From contig NC_068982.1 of assembly GCF_001194135.2 (NCBI RefSeq), positions 30,226,966 through 30,290,965 on the forward strand: a DNA stretch of 64,000 nt, in the 5' to 3' direction. The notes under the pieces are model-generated. The model worked only from the letters and a program-made list of their open reading frames with translations. It did no database searches and had not been told where the DNA came from. How positions within the stretch are numbered: position 1 is the stretch's first letter; each line of letters opens with the position of its first letter. The DNA comes from Octopus bimaculoides (lineage: Eukaryota). Shown in pieces: positions 12,891 to 27,476 of the stretch. A program made the position numbers and the translations under genes.

Positions 12891-13369
12891 AAAATTGATT
12901 TAAAAGAGAAAACTCACAATATAATCAGACACCATGACATGCATTTCGAAAAGTGATGCTGTAACTCTTCAGTGTTGTAAAACAAAGAATTGTCAGGATA
13001 AAACATTAGAGTTAGCGACTATCAGACTTGGTGCATAAGAAAATTGCACATTTCATTCTTAATGACCACATGATTGACCAGATCTTGTTATACATTGCTG
13101 GTCACAATGTGCTTTGCATTGTTTTAGCTTTTGACTGATGTCACCCTGCTGGCTAGGTGGACAGGCCAGCATTTGTCCTGATTTGGAAAGCTTGTCCATC
13201 ACACCATTACTCATTTCGAGTAAAGTGGACTGAAGCAATGTGAAATAGTGTTTTGCTTCAGAACACAAAATGCAGCTATTCTGGTAATCAAAACCACAAT
13301 CTCACAATCATGAGTGCAATGTGCCTAACCACAAAGCCTTGTGCCTTCACATATATAATATACATACTG

Positions 13370-13692
13370 GCACTCCGTTGAGGGTTCCACTTGATCCAAT
13401 CAATGGAACAGCCTGCTTGTGAAATTAACATGCAAATAGTTGTGCACGCCACAATGTCATTCTCAGGGAGATTCTACTTGACACAGAGTCGTTCTCAGGG
13501 AGATTCTACATGACACAGAGTGTGACAAAGCTGGCCCTTCGAAATACAGGTACTACTCATTTTTGCCAGCTAAGTGGGTTGGAACAACATGAAATAAAAT
13601 GTCTCTGTCAAGGACACATCGTGTTGCTGGGAATTGAACTCACGACGTTGCCATTGTAAGCTGAATACCCTAACCACTAAGCCACGTGCCTT
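13370..13692 (-). mobile_element. tRNA-headed SINE, family C, with an internal ~32-bp tandem duplication
   Basis: Minus head GAAGGCACGTGGCTTAGTGGTTAGGGTATTC; TCTCAGGGAGATTCTAC.TGACACAGAGT occurs twice. Confidence 0.7.
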
Positions 13693-14290
13693 CACATAAT
13701 ATACATATATACCAGTAAATGCAGGCATGTCACCTGTTCCCAGTTGGAAATTTGACTATTTTCATCTGACAACACAGATTCTGTTGCAAAATATTAAGGT
13801 TGCTATTTTGAAATATTGAAATTACTCTCTCGTGACGTCAGTTTTTCTCCTTTTTTTTTTTAACTCATTTTTATTGTTTTTATTAGTTTTCTGTTGACTT
13901 TACTTCCCATACCAGATTCGATAATGGGTTACAGAAAAATAAACGAAATAAAAAGTAAGTTTGCTATAAAGAGCAAAAAATATATTCTACGTAAACATTG
14001 ACAATATTTCATTTTCATTTTATTAGAAAATGAACATTTCATAAAAACTCCCCCCTTTCAATAAATATTATTTTTCTACCCTTCTATCATTTTGTCATAT
14101 CACTTCCATTTTCCTGCCTTATACACACACACATCTATACATATATACACAAACATATACACATACATGTATGCAAATATATGTATACACACACATTTAT
14201 ACGTGTGTGTATGTATATATATATATGTATGTGTACATGCACATATACATAAATACATAGATATATATGTATGTATGTGTGTGTGTATAT

Positions 14291-14328
<38 letters not shown>

Positions 14329-14904
14329 GTATCATGTAAGCATTTGAAAATTAGCTCAGGCGCAGAATCAGATTTTGTGAATCAGATATATTTCTCAAAT
14401 TTCAGCAAATTTCAACACACATCCCATATTATGATTGCATACTTTTTAACTTAGTATTTTAAGTGGTGGTGGTGGTGGTTGTGGTTGTGAAGAAATAAAA
14501 TAAAATATTATTGATTGCAGTGGCAAAAAAAAAAAAGGAAAAAAAACCCGAAAGAAAGAGAAAGCGGAGAGTATGAAAATAAAATTGAGTTAAATGGAGA
14601 TGAAGGAGTTGGAGGTTATTAAATAGAGAGCTGTATCAATGGAAAATATTTAAAAACAATACACAGAGAAAATAATGAAAAAAAATACAAAGGAACAAAG
14701 AAGTACAAATATAAATAAGTAAATAAGAAGCAAAGGTTTAGTTTTGTTTCAAGATAAAATGGAATTGATGAGTGTTTCCTGTGGTAATATTTCAGTTTAA
14801 TGGAGCAGCTTCCTGCTGCAATTTATGCCTGTCCCTCTTCGAAGTTAAAATACAATAAAATGAAATGGAAACAGATTTACCAATGGTGTTGGCTACATTT
14901 AATT

Positions 14905-14949
<45 letters not shown>

Positions 14950-14967
14950 GTCTCTCTNNNNNNNNNN

Positions 14968-15020
<53 letters not shown>

Positions 15021-17630
15021 TATATTATATATTATTTTTGTTACCAACAGTTGCAATTTAGCAAAAATATTCTTTAAAATGTAAAGGGAAGAAAGAAGGT
15101 GAAAACAAATTAAAAAAATACAATTTAAAAGTTCGTTTTAGTTTTCTTTAATAAATCACTAACTGGTAGATAATAATGTTTCAGTGTTACATATGAGCAT
15201 ATACATGATTCTCTCTCTTTCTTGCTATTTTTGTTACCATGTTCTGATGTTTACGTCTCTGTCACTCTGTGACCCTTTCTGAGATATGTTTGTGAATGTG
15301 TGCATTTGACTATCAGTGTCTGTGTGTAAAATAGTTTGTCAACAGAGAGGAGTTAGAACTAGTTGAAATTTCCAGGCAGTCCCCAACATTGAAGTCACTG
15401 AAAAGTTTGAGCATAAGGTCATTCAGGAATCGTGACCTAGATGTGGCCTGGTTCCATTAGAGTAAAAAAAGTTTAGGGCTGAACAACTTGCCTGAGGGGG
15501 ATCCTTTCGGAAGACCTAGTGTTCAACTCTCTAGAGAGTTTCTTACCACTATATGACTATATTACAACTGCATGTACACCTAGTGAAACAGTAATAGTTA
15601 CACTAAGACCAAGAGAGTACTGGGAACAGTTTGGGGTCCTATTCTCTCTGTCACAAATTATTAGGTGCATGAAACATTTCAAGGGTGTCTGTGATGCAGT
15701 ATGGTAATGAAGCATAATTGATGGTCGCAGAGAATCTTCTAAGACTTGAGAAAAATGAGCCGATTAGGATTTGTGAAATATGCAGCTGAATGGTTAACAT
15801 ATGATAGACAAAACATTTTTCTACTGTTGTGACGATCTAAAAATGCCATACAATTCCAAAACGTGCCATATAATCTAACGCTGCTCCTACAATTCCATCA
15901 CAGATTTGAAGTTGCAAGGCAATGCAATGTCTGGAGGAGACAGATGAATCTGAGAAGAGTACAAAAGATACTTAAATAATGAAGAAATACCATGACCTTA
16001 TGACATGATCTGGCCCATCAAAATAAGAAAAATAAAAAATTCTGATTGTGTAGTCGATGATGCCTTGGTAAAACCAAATGGAATGAGAACATGAAGGGAG
16101 GTATCCTAAATATGAGTATAACTCAAAAGCCTGTGACTCTATCTAAATTGTTGTAGACTTGGCCAAAGGCCTCCTGTGTTATTTTAACCTTTGGTTTTAG
16201 CTTTGCTAAGTCTAGGGTTTCGGGGGGTTTCAAAATCATAATCTTGTCCGTCAGTGCATGTGAGGCTTGAGATTTGCAGTGTATAATATTTTCAGTGGGA
16301 TGGGGATGTCTTTTGTTTGTCACTGTATTTACAACATCTACCTAACTGACGTGAGGTTCAGACGATTAGCAGAATTTGAAATTCTAAACCTGTGTTAAAG
16401 GAAGGTACAGTCAAAACTGGGGCGGGTTCAGCCGTGTAATTTGATTAAAAAATTTACTTTGAAGTTATATGATTCTAGGTTCATTCTCACTGTTTGGAAT
16501 ACGATATGATTTCTATCACAATATCAAGTTGACAATTATAAAAGCATGGAGTAATGTGCAATTATAATTATAGTTTTTGTTACTTTGAACTTTGATGCTT
16601 GTTTTATTTATCTATGTTCATATAATATTCTGCTTTGAAGTTCACCTATCACAATCAGTTGTTTTATGTTAATGCTTTCGCTGTTTCTATTTATATATGT
16701 GTATTTTAGGCTGTTAAATTAAAGACTGAAAAAGAAGATAAAACATATTTTGTACGCGTGTAAAATAGAATGCAAAGCAATAGAAAGTACTTGCAATATC
16801 AGTGAAATGTACTACTTGACATTTGTTCCATTAAATTTCATAGAGGAAATGGCAACTTTGAAGATTTGAAAGGCTGCACAGAACCTTCTACCACTGACAA
16901 TGACTAGTTGAGGGACGAATTCAGAAACCTTAAATGTTCAACAGCTTTTTAACATTTTGCAGCACACAGAAAGGTCAAAAAGGCTCAACAAATAGGTGCA
17001 GCTGGAACTGAACAAAAGTCAAATTAATAGCCCTATTTTTTTTTTACATGCAACAAAAACAATGCATTTCTTGATTCCATTTTGACATGAAAAGGAAAAT
17101 GGATTTTATGACAGCTGAGTGTGTTCTGCACAGTGGTTGGACTGAGGTGAAGAATTAGCATACTTTCCTAAACTGAATCTGCATGGAAAAGGTTATATTC
17201 AGTGGTTGGAGATTAGAAAGTAGGATAATCCACCACTAATTCTTAGATCTTGGAAAACCATCTCATCGGAGAAATATGATTAGGAAATCAACAAAATGCA
17301 TTAAAAAGTGCAATGTTTATGTCCTGCATTGGGTAACTTGAAAGATCCCATTTTTCTCTATGATAATACCTACCACATGTGTGCCTGCACATGACTCTAA
17401 AGGTTAAATGCACCAGCCACAAAAACTCTACCCCACTAAGCTTACTCCTCAGTCCTTTCTCAAACTGACCACCACTTTTGCAAATATCTTGATAAATTTC
17501 AGTATAAGAAAATATTGTAATAATTTCAACATCTAGTTCAGAACAATTTTGAAGAATTTACTATTTCCAGGATACCAGAATAGGCTTATTGTTTTCTTGG
17601 CAAAAATAGGAAAATTCTAATTATTTTAAT

Positions 17631-18048
17631 TACTCTTTACTCTTTTACTTGTTTCAGTTATTTGACTTCGGCCATGCTGGAGCACCACCTTTAGTTGAGA
17701 AAATCGACCCCAGGACTTATTCTTTGTGAGGGTAGTACTTATTCAATCGGTCCATTTTTGCTGAACTGCTAAGTTACGGGGAAGTAAACACACCAGCATC
17801 GGTTGTCAAGCGATGGTGGGGGGGGGGACAAACACAGACACACAAACACACATACATACATACATATATATATATACATATATACAACGAGCTTGTTTCA
17901 GTTTCCGTCTACCAAATCTGCTCACATGGCTTTGGTCGGCCCAAGGCTATAGTAGAAGACACTTGCCCAAGGCGCCACGCAGTAGGACTGATCCCAGAAC
18001 CATGTGGTTGGTAAGCAAGCTACTTACCACATAGCCACTCCTGCGCCT
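17631..18048 (-). mobile_element. Full-length tRNA-headed SINE, family A
   Basis: Minus head AGGCGCAGGAGTGGCTATGTGGTAAG, central (TG)n and (GTAAAAGA)n tail; highly similar to 49602-50073 and 51021-51431. Confidence 0.9.
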
Positions 18049-18320
18049 CATGAGATATATTGCTTCATAATTCATGACTGAAAACTATATTTATTTTTGC
18101 ACCAACTAATGTTAACATGTATATAGTATATGTGTACAAACTCCTAGAATTAGTGTAAATGAGTGTATATGCATCATGCTTGTCACTCAGCCTCCACCCA
18201 TTTGCATCATTTGTTTGCGTTAGTATCGTTGACTCCCTTGTACAAATCCAACGAATATCTTTAATGGTCAATTACTCTATCAGCCGGTGCTCTGCTCTGC
18301 CTATCTACTAAATTAATGTT

Positions 18321-18528
18321 CTTTTCTACTCTAGGCACAAAGCTTGAATTTTTGGGGGAGGGGGCCAGTCGATTAGATCGACCTCAATATGCAACTAGTA
18401 CTCAATTTATCAACCCTGAAAGGATGAAAGGCAAAGTCAACCTCAGCAGAATTTGAACTCAGACTGACATGATACCACTAAATATTTCGTCCAGCACGCT
18501 AACATTTTTGCCAGCTTGCTGCCTTCTT
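18321..18528 (-). mobile_element. SINE family B (AAGGCGGCGAGCTGGCAGAA-type head) with 13-bp TSD
   Basis: TSD CTAAATTAATGTT at 18308-18320 and 18529-18541; shared GAAAGGATGAAAGGCAAAGTC..GAATTTGAACTCAG core. Confidence 0.85.
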
Positions 18529-21029
18529 CTAAATTAATGTTGCATTTCTAACAGATCATACATTTTTCTTCTCCGCTCCTGTGTAGCTTCTCAAGACTTA
18601 CTAATTTTCTACACTATACTCATTTTGTCATATAATTTTCTTTTCTACGAGACAATAAATCAATTGTACTAGTAGTTTGGTATCAAATTTATCCTGGTTA
18701 AGTTGAACTATAACTGGAAGCCTTTTTGCTGCAATAGTTCCATTTTTTTCAGCTGTAATATATCAAGGAATACATTATCCACTGTGGTCTTAGAGGCACT
18801 TCTTTGGCTGCAATTTTCTGAACATTCATTCACCCATATTATAGTTTACCTATAATAGTGCCATTACAGTTACTACCATTCATGATGTTATTTTGATACC
18901 TTAAGGTTTTTATTTAATCAAGAAAGTCATGTGAGCAGTACGAGAGGTACTATTTGCTTGAGTACCCCACCTTCTGACTTCTCATGTACATCTAGTCGAC
19001 CCGATGTTCAATCTTTGTCAAAAAGTTTTCTGCAGTTAAAGATTGACTTGTGGGTGTCTTTGTTATATCTTTCTAGAATTCTTTCCCTATTCAGTATCAC
19101 ATTTGCAGCAATCTGGCAAACATTGCAGTGTAAACATTCAAACATCATAATTTTTTTTACACTTCCTGCTGCATTTTACAAATACCACTGAGATTGTCTA
19201 TACGTTTTATCCTTTCAGGAGTTGATAAAATAAGTAACAGTTCAGCACTGGGGTTGATGTAATCAACTTGTCCCTTCCCCCAAAATTGCTGACCATGTGC
19301 CAAAATTTGTACCCAGTATTTAGGTAATTATTAAAATCAATGGCTTTTTGTCCACAAGTCAAAAGTGACTTACAGGCAATTGTGAAAACTAATGACAGTT
19401 TTGTTGTAATTGTTAGCTATTAAAAGTTAAAGCCTTTTTTCCACAACTTATAATTATGACCCCTCTGAATATACTGAGATTACTAAAATTACTTTAGTAT
19501 TCTCTGACAATACAAATGCTTTTGTAATTAGCCATACCATAATAATAGTGATTGGTACCTTAAGATTTTTATTTATTTAACTTCTTCCAACCAGACAAAG
19601 TAGACATTTATTTACTCTGTTTAAACTGCAATATGCTTTACAGTTACAAATATAACTGCAAATTTTATTTCTTATTTGAGTTTCATTTATCTGTGGTTGA
19701 CTAATAAAGGAATAGCTACTGACATTTCCATAAAATACTCTATCACTAGACTTAATCCACATGCTTTAGCTAAATAGTGAATAGTCTTGCTAGATTATAT
19801 GTCCAATAAAGCAGAAATCTCTGATCCAATTGTAAGATTGTTTGGGAAATTCAGTGATAGACTAAACTCAGATGCTATTATATTTTGACATGATAAAGTT
19901 TTAAAATGTTTTCTAATTTATTTTATTGATTGGTCTAGATCTATCACTCTCAGTGTACATAGGTGCTTTCATAACATTTGGAAGCATTTGTGTCTTGTAC
20001 ATCACTGGTTGGTTCAATTTTTGCCACAACTATTAACTAAAAATATTTACTTCTATTCAAAATAATTTAGGTCAGCTAATGAAATAGCAAGTTAGCTCAA
20101 TGAAAATAGTTACATACACAAACATCTACTTCTTTTCAGAAACTTTCTTACATTTTCCGATTCAGGGTCATAGATTACCATTTTCATGTTAAGCTATTTA
20201 ATGCTAAGAATCTCATCTGACTGCTTATAGAGTTTGTCCATGAATGTAAAATTGACATTTAACTCATGATTTTTTTCCAATACCAGGTAGTTTAACAATA
20301 AAGCAGGACTTAACCCCCCACCCATGCTTTAATGTAGTTGTACACAATAATCAGAAACCGAACTGAAATCACCTAATTCTGATTTTGAAGCAGGTTTTTC
20401 AGAATGAATAGAGTCAAAATACTTTGTGCGTAATCCATTCAGTGTCATTCTTAGCCACGGAATTTAAAAAATGATATATAAAAAAAATAAAATAAAATGG
20501 TTTTAAAATAAAGCTGTAGGGTGCACAACTCACCGTTTGTTACTCTTGAATAAAGCACCTAAGTGAATTTACTGCAGTTTGCTTGACTGTAAAACTTTCA
20601 GAAAGTAGGCTCCACTTCAACTTTATAGAGTGGATGGTGATAGGAAGGGAATAACTGCTCCAGCATAAACTTTTCCACCTATAGTAGCATGATAAAACAG
20701 ATGGCAATAATAGTCAGAAAGTATGACATGCATGACACTTTAGATTGAAAGCAGTAAGGAAATAAGGATAAGATAATGTTTATAAACCTTGATATAGTAG
20801 CAACTTGAATGGTAAATTGAATCGTAAACTAATATAGGAAGGAATGCATGTGTATTCTTGCTGAGGAAAACGGAAAAAAAAAAATTCTCAATTTGAAGTT
20901 GCTATTTAATCCTAAATTAACCTCATTGAATGATCATATGCTACACAAATAGCTGGCCAAATGAAGAATCCTGTTCACCAGCATTTCTTAACCATGTCTT
21001 AGGAAGGCCTACATAAGTATTACAAATAT

Positions 21030-21175
21030 CATCATCATTTAACATCCGATTTCTATGCTGGCATGAGTTGAACAGTTGAACAAGAGGACTATGCCACACT
21101 CCAAAATCTGCTTTGGCATGGTTATTTTTACTGCTGGATACTCTCCCTAACACCAACCACCTTACAAGATGTACT
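21030..21175 (-). mobile_element. RTE-LINE-type 3' tail fragment
   Basis: (CAT)n TTTAACATCCGATTTCTATGCTGGCATG...CTGGATACTCTCCCTAACACCAACCAC, shared with 32150-32555, 43000-43310, 45620-45790, 58410-58570 and 61770-61960. Confidence 0.7.
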
Positions 21176-21906
21176 AGATATATATCTTTATTAATTCATT
21201 CGTTTTTGTTTCTTAAAGTAATGTTTTCACAAGAGATTGCCTTTTAAAGATTTTAGCTGTGCTAAATACATTAGCGGCCAGAAATGAGGTTTTGGGCTGA
21301 GTCCTACTTCATAGTGCCTTATGTATGTGTCTTCTACAAGAGGCTACATTCATCTAATGTCATATAAAAAAAAAAATTAGTCAGCAGAAATTGTACAGAA
21401 GCTCATGCTTTGTGTGTTGTGTATGATCTCCCGTCCCCACCATTTGATTGTGTGTTTGTTTGTTTACATTGAAGCTTATCAGAAAAGTTAATCAGTTATG
21501 GGGTGACATTGTTGTTCTTTGCTGCTTTCATCAGGTCATCTGCTGTGTTCATAGACATGTGGATTAAGATAACTCTTAGTTGAAAAACAAATAAGTGTTA
21601 GAGGAATTGCATCTGGATGTAAAGCAATGCCTCAATAATATATTTATTTAATGAACCCAAGCTGCCATGGAAATACAAATGCAAAAGTGAATGAATGAAA
21701 GAATGTGTTTCTGTCTGTGTTTATATTTGTCTGGCTATGTCTGGTAACTCAGCAGTTGCACAAATAAATATCAATAAATTGTCAGTAAAATTTTCAGGGA
21801 TCAATCAGCCCAAATGTAGTCCAGTAATTGAAAGCTAGTCAAAGAAGAAAAGAGTTGCTTGATTTGATGGAAGTTTATTAGAACATAAGAAAAACTGTTG
21901 CATCAT

Positions 21907-22099
21907 TTAACCCTTTAACGTTCCGAATTGTTTTGAATTAATCATGCATTATCTTATAGCTTTGAGGTTTCAATGATGTGATTGTTCATTTTTAGAATGT
22001 TAGTGTAGGTTAGGTGTGAGAGGTTAGTCAGTCAATTTGAATGTGAAACTTGTAGAATATTTGAGCAAGACTTGGCCTGTTTGAATGCTAAAGGGTTAA
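21907..22099 (+). mobile_element. piggyBac-like MITE, family A
   Basis: TTAACCCTTTA... and ...TGCTAAAGGGTTAA termini. Confidence 0.8.
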
Positions 22100-22267
22100 T
22101 GTATAATCTCAAATAGTTGCACTTTAGTGGTAATCTGTCAGATGAGTGTAAAATATGATTATTTATCACATTGGAATTGAAATTAAAATACTAATAACAT
22201 GCTAAGCAACCGCACAACTAATCAATGTTTGATTAAGGCCAACAATCTACTTGTGACCATTTTTCTC

Positions 22268-22697
22268 GTTTAACCTTTTTTGATTTGATACCAGACCACT
22301 TGAGCTTGACTGTGATTCTATGATACAAACTTCTTGTTTTAAAGTGTTCTAAATTAAAACTCTTAATCAAAATTTCCTACTAATTAGTGTCCTAAGCATT
22401 AGCTTAACAATGACAAAGTTATTTTACTAAATTTACTATTACCTTTAAATTATTTCAAATAAAAGTAGGTTATTTAATCTTCTTGATACTAATCTGCCTG
22501 GTTCTTTGATACAAACTTCCTATTTAAACTGACCTTCATTAAAACTTCTATCAGAATATCATGTTAATTTATGTTCCAAATACCAGCTTTATAATGACAA
22601 ATTTAGTTTTGTAAATTCTTTGTCATTTTCAAAATTAATTGCAACAAAGGTAGTGTATATTGTATTCAAACAGAAATATGGTAAGAAAAGGGTTAAG
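22268..22697 (+). mobile_element. piggyBac-like MITE, family B (AACCCTTTTGATACC...AACAGAAATATGGTAA..AAGGGTTAA), partly duplicated
   Basis: Shared with 34049-34328, 49085-49285 and 55244-56075. Confidence 0.65.
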
Positions 22698-23494
22698 AAT
22701 TTGATTTTATAATTTTAGTTTAGTTATTTGTTTATTTACCTTGCTTTGGCCACTTCAAAGAATTTCCATAATTTCTCTTAATTAGTGCCTTTATTATGCT
22801 ATCACAGTATTTGAAGGCATACAGAATACTCTGATTCATTCATTGTCAAGTTTAGTAGAAGTTTTCTTGTGTGTATGTTCCTTTCATGGACACAAAATTT
22901 CATATCCTGCACAATCACAAACCAATTTTTATCTTGAGATTAATGTTAAAAAAAAAAGGTTGACCTTTTCATGGACTTTGTGCCATTATACTATGTATTT
23001 GAACATAATTTCTTTAGTTTATATTACCAGAATTTCCTTGAATCATTGACTTCAAGCTTTTGTTAGAGTGCCAAATAACTAATTAGAGTTTCATTAATTT
23101 TCTTTGGTAATTAATTAAGAATGAGTTTGTAGAAATGAGATTGAAAATAGAGGCAATTATTGAACACTAATATAATGTTGCGTGACATTCGGGTAAAGTT
23201 GTTGAAATGATAAAAGTGTCGAGGTGGGTTGATGTCACTTCAGTTTCTCACTTAGTGTATATCATTGTACAGGAACATGTAATCCCAGTCATTAGTGAAG
23301 TAGCTCCATGATTAAGTTTAACAGAAGTAAAATGCTGTATTAGAGGAGGAGAGACAGCAAGAGAAAGATATGGTGTTCTTCAGGTGGATGACACAAAACT
23401 GGCAGAAAGAATCCTGGTATATTCTGTACGAGAGAGTGAGAGAGAGAGAGAGTGTGTTTAAGTTCAAGTTGGATAAATAGTGGAACTGATAAGA

Positions 23495-23712
23495 TTAACC
23501 CTTTATTATTCACATTCCATCAAAACTAATGCTTATTTATTCACATTGGTTTGGAATTAATCATGCATTATCTTCTAGCGTTGATATTTTGATGTTTTAT
23601 TTTGGGAATAATCTTGTAGGGGTAAGTGTGAGAGATCAGATCTGGCCAGTTTGAAAATAAAGCAGGTGGAATATTTGGCCAGATATGGCCAGTTTAAATG
23701 CTGAAAGGTTAA
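23495..23712 (+). mobile_element. piggyBac-like MITE, family A
   Basis: TTAACCC / AAGGTTAA termini and family-A body. Confidence 0.8.
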
Positions 23713-24358
23713 GACTAAGTCTGTGAATGGTTGGATCAGAATTAGGCTTGAATTCAGACAGCGATTTAGTCTTCTGGTAAAACATAATATTCCGTAAACC
23801 CCTTTTTGTTCATCTCATATTCTGTAAGTAAATGTACTGAAGTAGTGAGGTAGACACTGACAGTAATTTCTCTGGGCTTTATCATGTAGTTTGCCAGATT
23901 CTGTGAAACAACACCTAAAGATAGTCTGACTCTTCTCAATTATTCAACTGGAGGTTAGTTACCTTGCTAAGCTACTACTTAGTATCTTCTGGATTGAAAA
24001 CTTTCTGAATATAGAGGAACCAGAAACTATGCATTCATTGAAAACATTTACAAGCAAAAGGCTTATAATGGATTGGAAGCAAAAGAAAAGCATGTGCAGG
24101 ATGCATTGGAGTATTGAAGTACAACAGAATCCATGAACTGCAGAGTATATTTGCATGATTCCTCTTAATGAAATTATGTGTATATATTATTTAGATGAAG
24201 TTGATATATTCTGGAGAAGTTTTACCTTCTTGACTAGAGGATTTTTTTCATCATAAGGGAATCACCCTCAATGGTTTTGTTTGATCTTATTGGGGCCAGC
24301 ACCTTCTGCAGTCAGTTACTCATTTTAGCTCTCTTTTTTTTTAACTACTAAGCCACCG

Positions 24359-24400
<42 letters not shown>

Positions 24401-25930
24401 ACCTAGCTCAATGCTGGGTCATATCTATATGATGGGCTTTCATACAGCACCCATCTCCCAACTTTCTCTGAAAATGTAATTGGCAAACCTATGGTATGCT
24501 AGTGGCCTATGGTGTCATGCAGTGCAATTGAACCCAGAACCAAGGATTTGCAGGGTGAACTTCTTAACCACACTGTAAAGCTTATGGCTTTCAGATCAAT
24601 ATCATGAATACAGCAGACTTACTGCAATTGGGTATGAATGCATTGATTACACTCAGTAATTTTTGAAAACACAACTAAACTAGTTTTTTTTTGTGCAATT
24701 CGCTGACCCCCCCCCCCTTCCCCCCAACGAAGTTTTGTTGGTTCTTGCTCGGCATATAATTTTTTTGTTCTATTTTTTGTTAATTTTTTATATTCACTGT
24801 AAAGGAATACTGAGCACAATAACTCAAACCATTACATATTTTGCCCTCTTAAAAGTAAGGGCTAATATGTGTATGGAGTACTGGGAGAAAAAACAAAACA
24901 AGAAAAAAACAATGTGAATAAATAAGTAATACATTTGACAGCGTAATCTGAATGCTAAAGGATAAATAAAACATTAACAGCATCATTCTCACCAGTTTCA
25001 GAAGGCTTGAAAGGGTCATAAGTTCTGTCTCTGCCTCCAGACTCAGCAAATGAAAACGAAAAGACTTAACAACCGAACTGATTACAATTGGAACACCATG
25101 CTCTGACCAATTTAAATCAGTTGCCTCTGATCAATTTAGGCCAGTTGTCAGACTTAGAAACGCTTTTGATAAATGAAAGGACAGGCAAATGATAGGTAAA
25201 ACTTTCTTACTGCTGGAACTTTCAGCAGGGCTCTAGTTAGCCTCCTTCTAGAAAAATCCAATGAAGCATCTTATATGCTAAATTATGATGTTTTATGTTT
25301 ATTTTAGTTATAGTTTTTTGAGAATCTAGTGCAATACATTCTACTAAACTTTTATATTGAAACAAACTGATTAAAACAACCACACGTAGTGTGGTTGTTT
25401 TAATGCCACATAATTTATTGATAGCATTAATGATTTTATTGTTTTTGTGTCGAAGTAGCAGATCATTAATTAGTTAGAGCTGATAAGCAAAACTGATTGT
25501 GTATTTGGAATCAGCACCTCAATTATACCCGAGAAATAAGCCTAACCATCGAGGTTGTACGGTTTTCTGTTTTGCTTTTGCTGTGTAATTTAAGTAGAGT
25601 TAGGAAAGTAACAGGTGTTGAAACATTAGCTAATGTAGTCGATTCATCACTAACTTCATTGGTATGCATACATAGTGTGAACAGATGATGTAGTTCTTGT
25701 GAAAATGTACAAATTTGATGAGTTTAACTATAGAATGCTGAGGAAGTTGATTGACAATGTTGTTACCTAAAAATGTAAGGAGACTAAGATTATCACACAT
25801 AGAAAGATGACATATTGCTTGGCCTTTTGTGACTGATGCCAAGCTGGAAGTACAAGGTATTAAATCAATAATGAGAATCAACTCCTCTACTCAGATTAAA
25901 TGTTAACATCTATTAATGGAAGCCAACTTG

Positions 25931-25973
<43 letters not shown>

Positions 25974-25983
25974 NNNNNNNNNN

Positions 25984-26027
<44 letters not shown>

Positions 26028-27106
26028 CCCTTGTTGTTAGAAAAGTGCTCTCACATGGCTAAGAGTTGTTTTGACTCTTATTTCTAGCAATGCTGCTGCT
26101 GACTAGCACCCTCCATCACTTTAGTGGTGACTATATCTGTTGCCTTCCTTTCAGTTGTAAATTGTGAATAGCCACCTTAATAATCCATATATANNNNNNN
26201 NNNNNNNNNNNNNNNNNNNNNNNNNNNNNNNNNNNNNNNNNNNNNNNNNNNNNNNNNNNNNNNNNNNNNNNNNNNNNNNNNNNNNNNNNNNNNNNNNNNN
26301 NNNNNNNNNNNNNNNNNNNNNNNNNNNNNNNNNNNNNNNNNNNNNNNNNNNNNNNNNNNNNNNNNNNNNNNNNNNNNNNNNNNNNNNNNNNNNNNNNNNN
26401 NNNNNNNNNNNNNNNNNNNNNNNNNNNNNNNNNNNNNNNNNNNNNNNNNNNNNNNNNNNNNNNNNNNNNNNNNNNNNNNNNNNNNNNNNNNNNNNNNNNN
26501 NNNNNNNNNNNNNNNNNNNNNNNNNNNNNNNNNNNNNNNNNNNNNNNNNNNNNNNNNNNNNNNNNNNNNNNNNNNNNNNNNNNNNNNNNNNNNNNNNNNN
26601 NNNNNNNNNNNNNNNNNNNNNNNNNNNNNNNNNNNNNNNNNNNNNNNNNNNNNNNNNNNNNNNNNNNNNNNNNNNNNNNNNNNNNNNNNNNNNNNNNNNN
26701 NNNNNNNNNNNNNNNNNNNNNNNNNNNNNNNNNNNNNNNNNNNNNNNNNNNNNNNNNNNNNNNNNNNNNNNNNNNNNNNNNNNNNNNNNNNNNNNNNNNN
26801 NNNNNNNNNNNNNNNNNNNNNNNNNNNNNNNNNNNNNNNNNNNNNNNNNNNNNNNNNNNNNNNNNNNNNNNNNNNNNNNNNNNNNNNNNNNNNNNNNNNN
26901 NNNNNNNNNNNNNNNNNNNNNNNNNNNNNNNNNNNNNNNNNNNNNNNNNNNNNNNNNNNNNNNNNNNNNNNNNNNNNNNNNNNNNNNNNNNNNNNNNNNN
27001 NNNNNNNNNNNNNNNNNNNNNNNNNNNNNNNNNNNNNNNNNNNNNNNNNNNNNNNNNNNNNNNNNNNNNNNNNNNNNNNNNNNNNNNNNNNNNNNNNNNN
27101 NNNNNN

Positions 27107-27231
27107 ATTAAGTACCAGTTACGCACTGGGGTCAATCTAATCGACTAAATCCGTTTGTCTATCCTTGTTTGTCCCCTCGTGTGTAGCCCCTTGTGCGCAG
27201 TAAAGTAATTAGAAACTGAAAGAAGCCTGTC

Positions 27232-27279
<48 letters not shown>

Positions 27280-27476
27280 TTGCTCCTCCTCCATCACTTG
27301 ACAACAAATGTTGGCGGGTTTACGTCCCTGTAATCTAGCAGTTCAGCAATAGAGACTGATAGAATAAGTACTATGCTTAAAAAGAATGAATCCTCTGGTC
27401 GATTTGTTTGACTAAAGGTGGTGCTCCAGCATGGCCTCAGTCAAATGACTGAAACAACTAAAAGAATAAAAGAATA
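27107..27476 (+). mobile_element. SINE fragments (family A 3' half plus a short associated repeat)
   Basis: (GT)n...GATAGAATAAGTACT...GGTGCTCCAGCATGGCC...AAAAGAATAAAAGAATA tail. Confidence 0.75.

Noticed and set aside
12930-12976. Minus-strand CUGAAGA...GAAA...GUC hammerhead-like string
   Set aside because: Stem II has only one or two pairs among mismatches, and stem I needs an insertion plus a mismatch; too weak to call.
13833-13840. Perfect CRE palindrome TGACGTCA
   Set aside because: About one such 8-mer is expected by chance in 64 kb, and there is no supporting promoter context.
16848-16908. ATGGCAACTTTGAAGATTTG resembling a DDX49 start (MATFEDL)
   Set aside because: It needs a frameshift, the ATG frame stops after six codons, and there is no downstream Q motif or donor.
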